Below, in pieces: positions 1 through 11,141 of a stretch of DNA of 64,000 bases. The notes under the pieces are model-generated. The model did no database searches, was not told where the DNA came from, and worked only from the letters and a program-made list of their open reading frames with translations. Positions within the stretch are counted from its first letter, which is position 1, and each line of letters opens with the position of its first letter. This DNA comes from the human T2T-CHM13v2.0 reference genome, Homo sapiens: the NCBI RefSeq assembly GCF_009914755.1, contig NC_060943.1. One strand, 5' to 3'. Made by a program: the position numbers and the translations under genes.

Positions 1-53
1 GGAAACACTCTGTTTGTAAAGTCTGCAAGTGGATATTCAGACATCCTTGAGGC

Positions 54-70
54 TTTCGTTGGAAACGGGA
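54..70 (+). promoter_or_regulatory. CENP-B box (17 bp), first of ~189 box positions recurring every 340 bp
   Basis: TTTCGTTGGAAACGGGA matches the canonical YTTCGTTGGAARCGGGA with the core NTTCGNNNNANNCGGGN intact. Both AAAC and AAGC versions recur across the window. Confidence 0.96.
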
Positions 71-95
71 TTTCTTCATATTCTGCTAGAAAGAA

Positions 96-101
96 GAATT
101 C
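96..101. other. EcoRI site defining the classical 340-bp alphoid EcoRI dimer (one per dimer)
   Basis: GAATTC occurs at 96-101, 436-441 and onward. It is lost in one copy (GAATTT at 7573-7578), which would give a 680-bp fragment. Confidence 0.9.
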
Positions 102-267
102 TCAGTAACTTCCTTGTGTTGTGTGTATTCAACTCACAGAGTTGAACGATCCTTTACACAGAGCAGACTTGAAACACTCTTTTTGTGGAATTTGCAAGTG
201 GAGATTTCAGCCGCTTTGAGGTCAATGGTAGAATAGGAAATATCTTCCTATAGAAACTAGACAGAAT
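97..267 (+). repeat. Representative 171-bp A-type alpha-satellite monomer (J1-like, no CENP-B box)
   Basis: Runs from AATTCTCAGTAACT (97) to just before GATTCTCAGAAACT (268). Carries CAATGGTAGAATAGGAA at the position equivalent to the CENP-B box. Confidence 0.88.
223..239 (+). promoter_or_regulatory. A-box / pJalpha-like site of the A-type monomer (recurs every 340 bp)
   Basis: CAATGGTAGAATAGGAA lies at the position homologous to the CENP-B box and resembles the pJalpha-type motif of A monomers. The match is imperfect and binding is not demonstrable from sequence. Confidence 0.55.
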
Positions 268-436
268 GATTCTCAGAAACTCCTTTGTGATGTGTGCGTT
301 CAACTCACAGAGTTTAACCTTTCTTTTCATAGAGCAGTTGGGAAACACTCTGTTTGTAAAGTCTGCAAGTGGATATTCAGACATCCTTGAGGCTTTCGTT
401 GGAAAAGGGATTTCTTCATATTCTGCTAGAAAGAAG
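268..436 (+). repeat. Representative 169-bp B-type alpha-satellite monomer (J2-like, CENP-B box bearing)
   Basis: Runs from GATTCTCAGAAACT (268) to just before the next AATTCTCAG (437). It contains the box position 394-410, which is mutated in this copy. 171+169=340. Confidence 0.88.
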
Positions 437-3400
437 AATTCTCAGTAACTTCCTTGTGTTGTGTGTTTTCAACTCACAGAGTTGAACGATCCTTTACACA
501 GAGCAGACTTGAAACACTCCTTTTGTGGAATTTGCAAGTGGAGATTTCAGCCGCTTTGAGGTCAATGGTAGAATAGGAAATATCTTCCTATAGAAACTAG
601 ACAGAATGATTCTCAGAAACTCCTTTGTGATGTGTGCGTTCAACTCACAGAGTTCAACCTTTCTTTTCATAGAGCAGTTGGGAAACACTCTGTTTGTAAA
701 GTCTGCAAGTGGATATTCAGACTTCTTTGAGGCCTTCGTTGGAAGCGGGATTTCTTCATGTTCTGCTAGACAGAAGAATTCTCAGAAACTTCCTTGTGTT
801 GTGTGTTTTCAACTCACAGAGTTGAACGATCCTTTACACAGAGCAGACTTGAAACACTCCTTTTGTGGAATTTGCAAGTGGAGATTTCAGCCGCTTTGAG
901 GTCAATGGTAGAATAGGAAATATCTTCCTATAGAAACTAGACAGAATGATTCTCATAACTCCTTTGTGATGTGTGCGTTCAACTCACAGAGTTCAACCTT
1001 TCTTTTCATAGAGCAGTTGGGAAACACTCTGTTTGTAAAGTCTGCAAGTGGATATTCAGTCTTCTTTGAGGCCTTCGTTGGAAGCGGGATTTCTTCATAT
1101 TCTGCTAGACAGAAGAATTCTCAGTAACTGCCTTGTGTTGTGTGTATTCAACTCACAGAGTTGAACGATCCTTTACACAGAGCAGACTTGAAACACTCTT
1201 TTTGTGGAATTTGCAAGTGGAGATTTCAGCCGCTTTGAGGTCAATGGTAGAATAGGAAATATCTTCCTATAGAAACTAGACAGAATGATTCTCAGAAACT
1301 CCTTTGTGATGTGTGCGTTCAACTCACAGAGTTCAACCTTTCTTTTCATAGAGCAGTTGGGAAACACTCTGTTTGTAAAGTCTGCAAGTGGATATTCAGA
1401 CTTCTTTGAGGCCTTCGTTGGAAGCGGGATTTCTTCATGTTCTGCTAGACAGAAGAATTCTCAGAAACTTCCTTGTGTTGTGTGTTTTCAACTCACAGAG
1501 TTGAACGATCCTTTACACAGAGCAGACTTGAAACACTCCTTTTGTGGAATTTGCAAGTGGAGATTTCAGCCGCTTTGAGGTCAATGGTAGAATAGGAAAT
1601 ATCTTCCTATAGAAAGTAGACAGAATGATTCTCAGAAACTCCTTTGTGATGTGTGCGTTCAACTCACAGAGTTTAACCTTTCTTTTCATAGAGCAGTTAG
1701 GAAACACTCTGTTTGTAAGTCTGCAAATGGATATTCAGACCTCCTTGAGGCCTTCGTTGGAAACAGGATTTCTTCATATTCTGCTAGACAGAAGAATTCT
1801 CAGTAACTTCCTTGTGTTGTGTGTATTCAACTCACAGAGTTGAACGATCCTTTACACAGAGCAGACTTGAAACACTCTTTTTGTGGAATTTGCAAGTGGA
1901 GATTTCAGCCGCTTTGAGTTCAATGGTAGAATAGGAAATATCTTCCTATAGAAACTAGACAGAATGATTCTCGTAACTCCTTTGTGATGTGTGCGTTCAA
2001 CTCACAGAGTTCAACCTTTCTTTTCATAGAGCAGTTGGGAAACACTCTGTTTGTAAAGTCTGCAAGTGGATATTCAGACTTCTTTGAGGCCTTCGTTGGA
2101 AGCGGGATTTCTTCATATTCTGCTAGACAGAAGAATTCTCAGTAACTGCCTTGTGTTGTGTGTATTCAACTCACAGAGTTGAACGATCCTTTACACAGAG
2201 CAGACTTGAAACACTCTTTTTGTGGAATTTGCAAGTGGAGATTTCAGCCGCTGTGAGGTCAATGGTAGAATAGGAAATATCTTCCTATAGAAACTAGACA
2301 GAATGATTCTCAGAAACTCCTTTGTGATGTGTGCGTTCAACTCACAGAGTTCAACCTTTCTTTTCATAGAGCAGTTGGGAAACACTCTGTTTGTAAAGTC
2401 TGCAAGTGGATATTCAGACTTCTTTGAGGCCTTCGTTGGAAGCGGGATTTCTTCATATTCTGCTAGACAGAAGAATTCTCAGTAACTGCCGTCTGTTGTG
2501 TGTATTCAACTCACAGAGTTGAACGATCCTTTACACAGAGCAGACTTGAAACACTCTTTTTGTGGAATTTGCAAGTGGAGATTTCAGCCGCTTTGAGGTC
2601 AATGGTAGAATAGGAAATATCTTCCTATAGAAACAAGACAGAATGATTCTCAGAAACTCCTTTGTGATGTGTGCGTTCAACTCACAGAGTTTAACCTTTC
2701 TTTTCATAGAGCAGTTAGGAAATACTCTGTTTGTAAAGTCTGCAAGTGGATATTCAGACATCCTTGAGGCTTTCGTTGGAAACGGGATTTCTTCATATTC
2801 TGCTAGAAAGAAGAATTCTCAGTAACTTCCTTGTGTTGTGTGTATTCAACTCACAGAGTTGAACGATCCTTTACACAGAGCAGACTTGAAACACTCTTTT
2901 TGTGGAATTTGCAAGTGGAGATTTCAGCCGCTTTGAGGTCAATGGTAGAATAGGAAATATCTTCCTATAGAAACTAGACAGAATGATTCTCAGAAACTCC
3001 TTTGTGATGTGTGCGTTCAACTCACAGAGTTTAACCTTTCTTTTCATAGAGCAGTTGGGAAACACTCTGTTTGTAAAGTCTGCAAGTGGATATTCAGACC
3101 TCCTTGAGGCCTTCGTTGGAAACGGGATTTCTTCATATTATGCTAGACAGAAGAATTCTCAGGAACTTCCTTGTGTTGTGTGTATTCAACTCACAGAGTT
3201 GAACGATCCTTTACACAGAGCAGACTTGAAACACTCTTTTTGTGGAATTTGCAAGTGGAGATTTCAGCCGCTTTGAGTTCAATGGTAGAATAGGAAATAT
3301 CTTCCTATAGAAAGTACACAGAATGATTCTCAGAAACTGCTTTGTGATGTGTGCGTTCAACTCACAGAGTTCAACCTTTCTTTTCATAGAGCAGTTGGGA

Positions 3401-5877
3401 AACACTCTGTTTGTAAAGTCTGCAAGTGGATATTCAGACTTCTTTGAGGCCTTCGTTGGAAGCGGGATTTCTTCATATTCTGCTAGACAGAAGAATTCTC
3501 AGTAACTTCCTTGTGTTGTGTGTATTCAACTCACAGAGTTGAACGATCCTTTACACAGAGCAGACTTGAAACACTCTTTTTGTGGAATTTGCAAGTGGAG
3601 ATTTCAGCCGCTTTGAGGTCAATGGTAGAATAGGAAATATCTTCCTATAGAAACTAGACAGAATGATTCTCAGAAACTCCTTTGTGATGTGTGCGTTCAA
3701 CTCACAGAGTTCAACCTTTCTTTTCATAGAGCAGTTGGGAAACACTCTGTTTGTAAAGTCTGCAAGTGGATATTCAGACTTCTTTGAGGCCTTCGTTGGA
3801 AGCGGGATTTCTTCATGTTCTGCTAGACAGAAGAATTCTCAGAAACTTCCTTGTGTTGTGTGTTTTCAACTCACAGAGTTGAACGATCCTTTACACAGAG
3901 CAGACTTGAAACACTCCTTTTGTGGAATTTGCAAGTGGAGATTTCAGCCTCTTTGAGGTCAATGGTAGAATAGGAAATATCTTCCTATAGAAACTAGACA
4001 GAATGATTCTCAGAAACTCCTTTGTGATGTGTGCGTTCAACTCACACAGTTTAACCTTTCTTTTCATAGAGCAGTTAGGAAACACTCTGTTTGTAAAGTC
4101 TGCAAGTGGATATTCAGACCTCCTTGAGGCATTCGTTGGAAACGGGATTTCTTCATATTATGCTAGACAGAAGAATTCTCAGTAACTTCCTTGTGTTGTG
4201 TGTATTCAACTCACAGAGTTGAACGATCCTTTACACAGAGCAGACTTGAAACACTCTTTTTGTGGAATTTGCAAGTGGAGATTTCAGCCGCTTTGAGTTC
4301 AATGGTAGAATAGGAAATATCTTCCTGTAGAAACTAGACAGAATGATTCTCAGAAACTCCTTTGTGATGTGTGCGTTCAACTCACAGAGTTCAACCTTTC
4401 TTTTCATAGAGCAGTTGGGAAACACTCTGTTTGTAAAGTCTGCAAGTGGATATTCAGACTTCTTTGAGGCCTTCGTTGGAAGCGGGATTTCTTCATGTTC
4501 TGCTAGACAGAAGAATTCTCAGTAACTGCCTTGTGTTGTGTGTGTTCAACTCACAGAGTTGAACGATCCTTTACACAGAGCAGACTTGAAACACTCCTTT
4601 TGTGGAATTTGCAAGTGGAGATTTCAGCCGCTTTGAGGTCAATGGTAGAATAGGAAATATCTTCCTATAGAAACTAGACAGAATGATTCTCAGAAACTCC
4701 TTTGTGATGTGTGCGTTCAACTCACAGAGTTTAACCTTTCTTTTCATAGAGCAGTTAGGAAACACTCTGTTTGTAAAGTCTGCAAGTGGATATTCAGACA
4801 TCCTTGAGGCTTTCGTTGGAAACGGGATTTCTTCATATTCTGCTAGAAAGAAGAATTCTCAGTAACTTCCTTGTGTTGTGTGTATTCAACTCACAGAGTT
4901 GAACGATCCTTTACACAGAGCAGACTTGAAACACTCTTTTTGTGGAATTTGCAAGTGGAGATTTCAGCCGCTTTGAGGTCAATGTTAGAATAGGAAGTAT
5001 CTTCCTATAGAAACTAGACAGAATGATTCTCAGAACCTCCTTTGTGATGTGTGCGTTCAACTCACAGAGTTTAACCTTTCTTTTCATAGAGCAGTTAGGA
5101 AACACTCTGTTTGTAAAGTCTGCAAGTGGATATTCAGACATCCTTGAGGCTTTCGTTGGAAACGGGATTTCTTCATATTCTGCTAGAAAGAAGAATTCTC
5201 AGTAACTGCCTTGTGTTGTGTGTATTCAACTCACAGAGTTGAACGATCCTTTACACAGAGCAGACTTGAAACACTCTTTTTGTGGAATTTGCAAGTGGAG
5301 ATTTCAGCCGCTTTGAGGTCAATGGTAGAATAGGAAATATCTTCCTATAGAAACTAGACAGAATGATTCTCAGAAACTCCTTTGTGATGTGTGCGTTCAA
5401 CGCACAGAGTTTAACCTTTCTTTTCATAGAGCAGTTGGGAAACACTCTGTTTGTAAAGTCTGCAAGTGGATATTCAGACCTCCTTGAGGCTTTCGTTGGA
5501 AACGGGATTTCTTCATATTCTGCTAGAAAGAAGAATTCTCAGTAACTTCCTTGTGTTGTGTGTATTCAACTCACAGAGTTGAACGATCCTTTACACAGAG
5601 CAGACTTGAAACACTCTTTTTGTGGAATTTGCAAGTGGAGATTTCAGCCGCTTTGAGGTCAATGGTAGAATAGGAAATATCTTCCTATAGAAACTAGACA
5701 GAATGATTCTCAGAAACTCCTTTGTGATGTGTGCGTTCAACTCACAGAGTTTAACCTTTCTTTTCATAGAGCAGTTAGGAAACACTCTGTTTGTAAAGTC
5801 TGCAAGTGGATATTCAGACATCTTTGAGGCCTTCGTTGGAAACGGGATTTCTTCATGTTCTGCTAGACAGAAGAATT

Positions 5878-6044
5878 CTCAGAAACTTCCTTGTGTTGTG
5901 TGTTTTCAACTCACAGAGTTGAACGATGCTTTACACAGAGTAGACTTGAAACACTCTTTTTGTGTAATTTGCAAGTGGAGATTTCAGCCGCTTTGAGGTC
6001 AATGGTAGAAAAGGAAATATCTTCGTATAAAAACTAGACAGAAT
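5878..6044 (+). repeat. Divergent A-type monomer variant, copy 1 of 3 (others at ~15397-15563 and ~25591-25757)
   Basis: Six linked substitutions versus local consensus at 5928, 5941, 5965, 6011, 6025 and 6030 (GATGC, GAGTA, GTGTAA, GAAAAGG, TTCGTA, TAAAAA). The same set recurs at +9519 and +19713. Confidence 0.9.
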
Positions 6045-9000
6045 GATTCTCAGAAACTCCTTTGTGATGTGTGCGTTCAACTCACAGAGTTTAACCTTTC
6101 TTTTCATAGAGCAGTTAGGAAACACTCTGTTTGTAAAGTCTGCAAGTGGATATTCAGACCTCCTTGAGGCCTTCGTTGGAAACGGGATTTCTTCATATTA
6201 TGCTAGACAGAAGAATTCTCAGTAACTTCCTTGTGTTGTGTGTATTCAACTCACAGAGTTGAACGATCCTTTACACAGAGCAGACTTGAAACACTCTTTT
6301 TGTGGAATTTGCAAGTGGAGATTTCAGCCGCTTTGAGGTCAATGGTAGAATAGGAAATATCTTCATATAGAAACTAGACAGAATGATTCTCAGAAACTCC
6401 TTTGTGATGTGTGCGTTCAACTCACACAGTTTAACCTTTCTTTTCATAGAGCAGTTAGGAAATATTCTGTTTGTAAAGTCTGCAAGTGGATATTCAGACC
6501 TCCTTGAGGCATTCGTTGGAAACGGGATTTCTTCATATTATGCTAGACAGAAGAATTCTCAGTAACTTCCTTGTGTTGTGTGTATTCAACTCACAGAGTT
6601 GAACGATCCTTTACACAGAGCAGACTTGAAACACTCTTTTTGTGGAATTTGAAAGTGGAGATTTCAGCCGCTTTGAGTTCAATGGTAGAATAGGAAATAT
6701 CTTCCTATAGAAACTAGACAGAATGATTCTCAGAAACTCCTTTGTGATGTGTGCGTTCAACTCACAGAGTTCAACCTTTCTTTTCATAGAGCAGTTGGGA
6801 AACACTCTGTTTGTAAAGTCTGCAAGTGGATATTCAGACTTCTTTGAGGCCTTCGTTGGAAGAGGGATTTCTTCATATTCTGCTAGACAGAAGAATTCTC
6901 AGAAACTTCCTTGTGTTGTGTGTTTTCAACTCACAGAGTTGAACGATCCTTTACACAGAGCAGACTTGAAACACTCCTTTTGTGGAATTTGCAAGTGGAG
7001 ATTTCAGCCGCTTTGAGGTCAATGGTAGAATAGGAAATATCTTCCTATAGAAACTAGACAGAATGATTCTCAGAAACTCCTTTGTGATGTGTGCGTTCAA
7101 CTCACAGAGTTTAACCTTTCTTTTCATAGAGCAGTTAGGAAACACTCTGTTTGTAAAGTCTGCAAGTGGATATTCAGACATCCTTGAGGCTTTCGTTGGA
7201 AACGGGATTTCTTCATATTCTGCTAGAAAGAAGAATTCTCAGTAACTTCCTTGTGTTGTGTGTATTCAACTCACAGAGTTGAACGATCCTTTACACAGAG
7301 CAGACTTGAAACACTCTTTTTGTGGAATTTGCAAGTGGAGATTTCAGCCGCTTTGAGTTCAATGGTAGAATAGGAAATATCTTCCTATAGAAACTAGACA
7401 GAATGATTCTCAGAAACTCCTTTGTGATGTGTGCGTTCAACTCACAGAGTTTAACCTTTCTTTTCATAGAGCAGTTGGGAAACACTCTGTTTGTAAAGTC
7501 TGCAAGTGGATATTCAGACATCCTTGAGGCTTTCGTTGGAAACGGGATTTCTTCATATTCTGCTAGAAAGAAGAATTTTCAGTAACTTCCTTGTGTTGTG
7601 TGTATTCAACTCACAGAGTTGAACGATCCTTTACACAGAGCAGACTTGAAACACTCTTTTTGTGGAATTTGCAAGTGGAGATTTCAGCCGCTTTGAGTTC
7701 AATGGTAGAATAGGAAATATCTTCCTATAGAAACTAGACAGAATGATTCTCAGAAACTCCTTTGTGATGTGTGCGTTCAACTCACAGAGTTCAACCTTTC
7801 TTTTAATAGAGCAGTTGGGAAACACTCTGTTTGTAAATTCTGCAAGTGGATATTCAGACTTCTTTGAGGCCTTCGTTGGAAGCGGGATTTCTTCATATTC
7901 TGCTAGACAGAAGAATTCTCAGTAACCTCCTTGTGTTGTGTGTATTCAACTAACAGAGTTGAACGACCCTTTACACAGAGCAGACTTGAAACACTCTTTT
8001 TGTGGAATTTGCAAGTGGAGATTTCAGCCGCTTTGAGGTCAATGGTAGAATAGGAAATATCTTCCTATAGAAACTAGACAGAATGATTCTCAGAAACTCC
8101 TTTGTGATGTGTGCGTTCAACTCACAGAGTTTAACCTTTCTTTTCATAGAGCAGTTAGGAAACACTCTGTTTGTAAAGTCTGCAAGTGGATATTCAGACA
8201 TCCTTGAGGCTTTCGTTGGAAACGGGATTTCTTCATGTTCTGCTAGACAGAAGAATTCTCAGTAACTGCCTTGTGTTGTGTGTATTCAACTCACAGAGTT
8301 GAACGATCCTTTACACAGAGCAGACTTGAAACACTCTTTTTGTGGAATTTGCAAGTGGAGATTTCAGCCGCTTTGAGTTCAATGGTAGAATAGGAAATAT
8401 CTTCCTATAGAAACTAGACAGAATGATTCTCAGAAACTCCTTTGTGATGTGTGCGTTCAACTCACAGAGTTCAACCTTTCTTTTCATAGAGCAGTTGGGA
8501 AACACTTTGTTTGTAAAGTCTGCAAGTGGATATTCAGACTTCTTTGAGGCCTTCGTTGGAAGCGGGATTTCTTCATATTCTGCTAGACAGAAGAATTCTC
8601 AGAAACTTCCTTGTGTTGTGTGTTTTCAACTCACAGAGATGAACGATCCTTTACACAGAGCAGACTTGAAACACTCCTTTTGTGGAATTTGCAAGTGGAG
8701 ATTTCAGCCGCTTTGAGGTCAATGGTAGAATAGGAAATATCTTCCTATAGAAAGTAGACAGAATGATTCTCAGAAACTCCTTTGTGATGTGTGCGTTCAA
8801 CTCACAGAGTTTAACCTTTCTTTTCATAGAGCAGTTAGGAAACACTCTGTTTGTAAAGTCTGCCAGTGGATATTCAGACATCCTTGAGGCCTTCGTTGGA
8901 AACGGGATTTCTTCATATTATGCTAGACAGAAGAATTCTCAGTAACTTCCTTGTGTTGTGTGTATTCAACTCACAGAGTTGAACGATCCTTTACACAGAG

Positions 9001-10462
9001 CAGACTTGAAACACTCTTTTTGTGGAATTTGCAAGTGGAGATTTCAGCCGCTTTGAGTTCAATGGTAGAATAGGAAATATCTTCCTATAGAAACTAGACA
9101 GAATGATTCTCAGAAACTCCTTTGTGATGTGTGCGTTCAACTCACAGAGTTCAACCTTTCTTTTCATAGAGCAGTTGGGAAACACTCTGTTTGTAAAGTC
9201 TGCAAGTGGATATTCAGACTTCTTTGAGGCCTTCGTTGGAAGCGGGATTTCTTCATATTCTGCTAGACAGAAGAATTCTCAGTAACTGCCTTGTGTTGTG
9301 TGTATTCAACTCACAGAGTTGAACGATCCTTTACACAGAGCAGACTTGAAACACTCTTTTTGTGGAATTTGCAAGTGGAGATTTCAGCCGCTTTGAGGTC
9401 AATGGTAGAATAGGAAATATCTTCCTATAGAAACTAGACAGAATGATTCTCAGAAACTCCTTTGTGATGTGTGCGTTCAACTCACAGAGTTTAACCTTTC
9501 TTTTCATAGAGCAGTTAGGAAACACTCTGTTTGTAAAGTCTGCAAGTGGATATTCAGACATCCTTGAGGCTTTCGTTGGAAACGGGATTTCTTCATATTC
9601 TGCTAGAAAGAAGAATTCTCAGTAACTTCCTTGTGTTGTGTGTATTCAACTCACAGAGTTGAACGATCCTTTACACAGAGCAGACTTGAAACACTCTTTT
9701 TGTGGAATTTGCAAGTGGAGATTTCAGCCGCTTTGAGTTCAATGGTAGAATAGGAAATATCTTCCTATAGAAACTAGACAGAATGATTCTCAGAAACTCC
9801 TTTGTGATGTGTGCGTTCAACTCACAGAGTTCAAGCTTTCTTTTCATAGAGCAGTTGGGAAACACTCTGTTTGTAAAGTCTGCAAGTGGATATTCAGACT
9901 TCTTTGAGGCCTTCGTTGGAAGCGGGATTTCTTCATGTTCTGCTAGACAGAAGAATTCTCAGAAACTTCCTTGTGTTGTGTGTTTTCAACTCACAGAGTT
10001 GAACGATCCTTTACACAGAGCAGACTTGAAACACTCCTCTTGTGGAATTTGCAAGTGGAGATTTCAGCCGCTTTGAGGTCAATGGTAGAATAGGAAATAT
10101 CTTCCTATAGAAAGTAGACAGAATGATTCTCAGAAACTCCTTTGTGATTTGTGCGTTCAACTCACAGAGTTTAATCTTTCTTTTCATAGAGCAGTTAGGA
10201 AACACTCTGTTTGTAAAGTCTGCAAGTGGATATTCAGACCTCCTTGAGGCCTTCGTTGGAAGCGGGATTTCTTCATGTTCAGGTAGACAGAAGAATTCTC
10301 AGAAACTTCCTTGTGTTGTGTGTTTTCAACTCACAGAGTTGAACGATCCTTTACACAGAGCAGACTTGAAACACTCCTTTTGTGGAATTTGCAAGTGGAG
10401 ATTTCAGCCGCTTTGAGGTCAATGGTAGAATAGGAAATATCTTCCTATAGAAACTAGACAGA

Positions 10463-11141
10463 ATGATTCTGAGAAATCCTTTGTGATGTGTGCGTTCAAC
10501 TCACAGAGTTTAACCTTTCTTTTCATAGAGCAGTTAGGAAACACTCTGTTTTTAAAGTCTTCAAGTGGATATTCAGACCTCCTTGAGGCCTTCGTTGGAA
10601 ACGGGATTTCTTCATATTATGCTAGACAGAGGAATTCTCAGGAACTTCCTTGTGTTGTGTGTATTCAACTCACAGAGTTGAACGATCCTTTACACAGAGC
10701 AGACTTGAAACACTCTTTTTGTGGAATTTGCAAGTGGAGATTTCAGCCGCTTTGAGTTCAATGGTAGAATAGGAAATATCTTCCTATAGAAAGTACACAG
10801 AATGATTCTCAGAAACTGCTTTGTGATGTGTGCGTTCAACTCACAGAGTTCAACCTTTCTTTTCATAGAGCAGTTGGGAAACACTCTGTTTGTAAAGTCT
10901 GCAAGTGGATATTCAGACTTCTTTGAGGCCTTCGTTGGAAGCGGGATTTCTTCATATTCTGCTAGACAGAAGAATTCTCAGTAACTGCCTTGTGTTGTGT
11001 GTATTCAACTCACAGAGTTGAACGATCCTTTACACAGAGCAGACTTGAAACACTCTTTTTGTGGAATTTGCAAGTGGAGATTTCAGCCGCTTTGAGGTCA
11101 ATGGTAGAATAGGAAATATCTTCCTATAGAAACTAGACAGA
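10463..11141 (+). repeat. Marker cassette: 339-bp deletion dimer plus linked dimer; deletion dimer also at 21002, 24397, 31536, 36975, 44454, 46490
   Basis: Diagnostic CTGAGAAA-TCC (1-bp deletion), TGTTTTTAAAG, TCTTCAAG, GAGGAATTC and CAGGAACT, followed by AAAGTACACAG and AAACTGCTT. Each copy shifts the 340-bp phase by -1. Confidence 0.92.
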
